Source: Eledone cirrhosa
Taxonomy: Eukaryota
DNA length: 64,000 nucleotides
Direction: 5' to 3'
Assembly: GCA_964016885.1 (NCBI GenBank)
Contig: OZ024743.1
Location: forward strand, 75,330,001-75,394,000
The translations under genes were made by a program, and so were the position numbers. Positions 63,526-64,000 of the stretch are shown piece after piece. Within the stretch, counting starts at the first letter, position 1, and every line of letters begins with the position of its first letter. The notes below the pieces were generated by a model. The model was not told the DNA's origin. It saw only the letters and a list, made by a program, of their open reading frames with translations, and searched no databases.

Positions 63526-64000
63526 TTTTCACCAAACTTCTGTTGGTGATAAGGGCATAACCATAATATTACATCCAATTATCTCTGTTAAAAATACTTA
63601 ATTAGAGGAACTGTTTTCTAAGATGGAACAGGGGACACATTTCATATACATTCCTATCAGTTTTGGCATGGTTTCTACAGCGAGATACTCTTTCTAGTAC
63701 CAACTACTTTGATTGGTATTAGAAAGGGTATCTAGCTCAACCTACACTATATTGTTATGATTCAATACAAACATTTATCAAGCCAGTAAAATCATACCAA
63801 AACTATGTCAAAACATGTTATATTTGGAAAAATTGAAAGATCTGAAGAAAAAGAAAAAAAAAGGTTTCATGTATTTGTTCTAATTAGGCAAGATTCCATT
63901 CCTTGAAACTTGAATATTTGTAAATAAATTCTCCAGAAATAAAGTCACACTCTAATTATATTTAGTACCGAATATACTTCCATTTTTTATTGATAAAACA

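Overview
AT-rich, repeat-dense animal genomic DNA, inferred to be octopus/coleoid from its SINE, LINE and microsatellite content. It holds three protein-coding genes. (1) The last 14 coding exons of a GTF3C4/TFIIIC90-like gene (+, 2039-31131), whose zinc-finger region is split by an AT-AC U12-type intron (26090-28884). (2) A complete 4-coding-exon LRRC14/PRAME-family gene (-, 51924-38345, 483 aa). (3) An intact, intronless, divergent RPL31 gene (+, 47954-48319) nested antisense in the first coding intron of the LRRC14-like gene, with a TATA box and TCT initiator. The rest is CR1- and RTE-clade LINE remnants, a CRE-clade fragment, tRNA-derived SINEs, piggyBac-type MITEs and tandem arrays. The most unusual pattern is that three minisatellites in the GTF3C4 gene, including a 7-kb 24-mer array, appear to be amplified exon/5'-splice-site junctions with degraded donor copies. 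Also noted are minimal hammerhead-like motifs, a perfect 102-bp-arm palindrome near a putative promoter, and two long inverted duplications. Exon models were built by hand from splice signals and reading-frame continuity; no database search was run.
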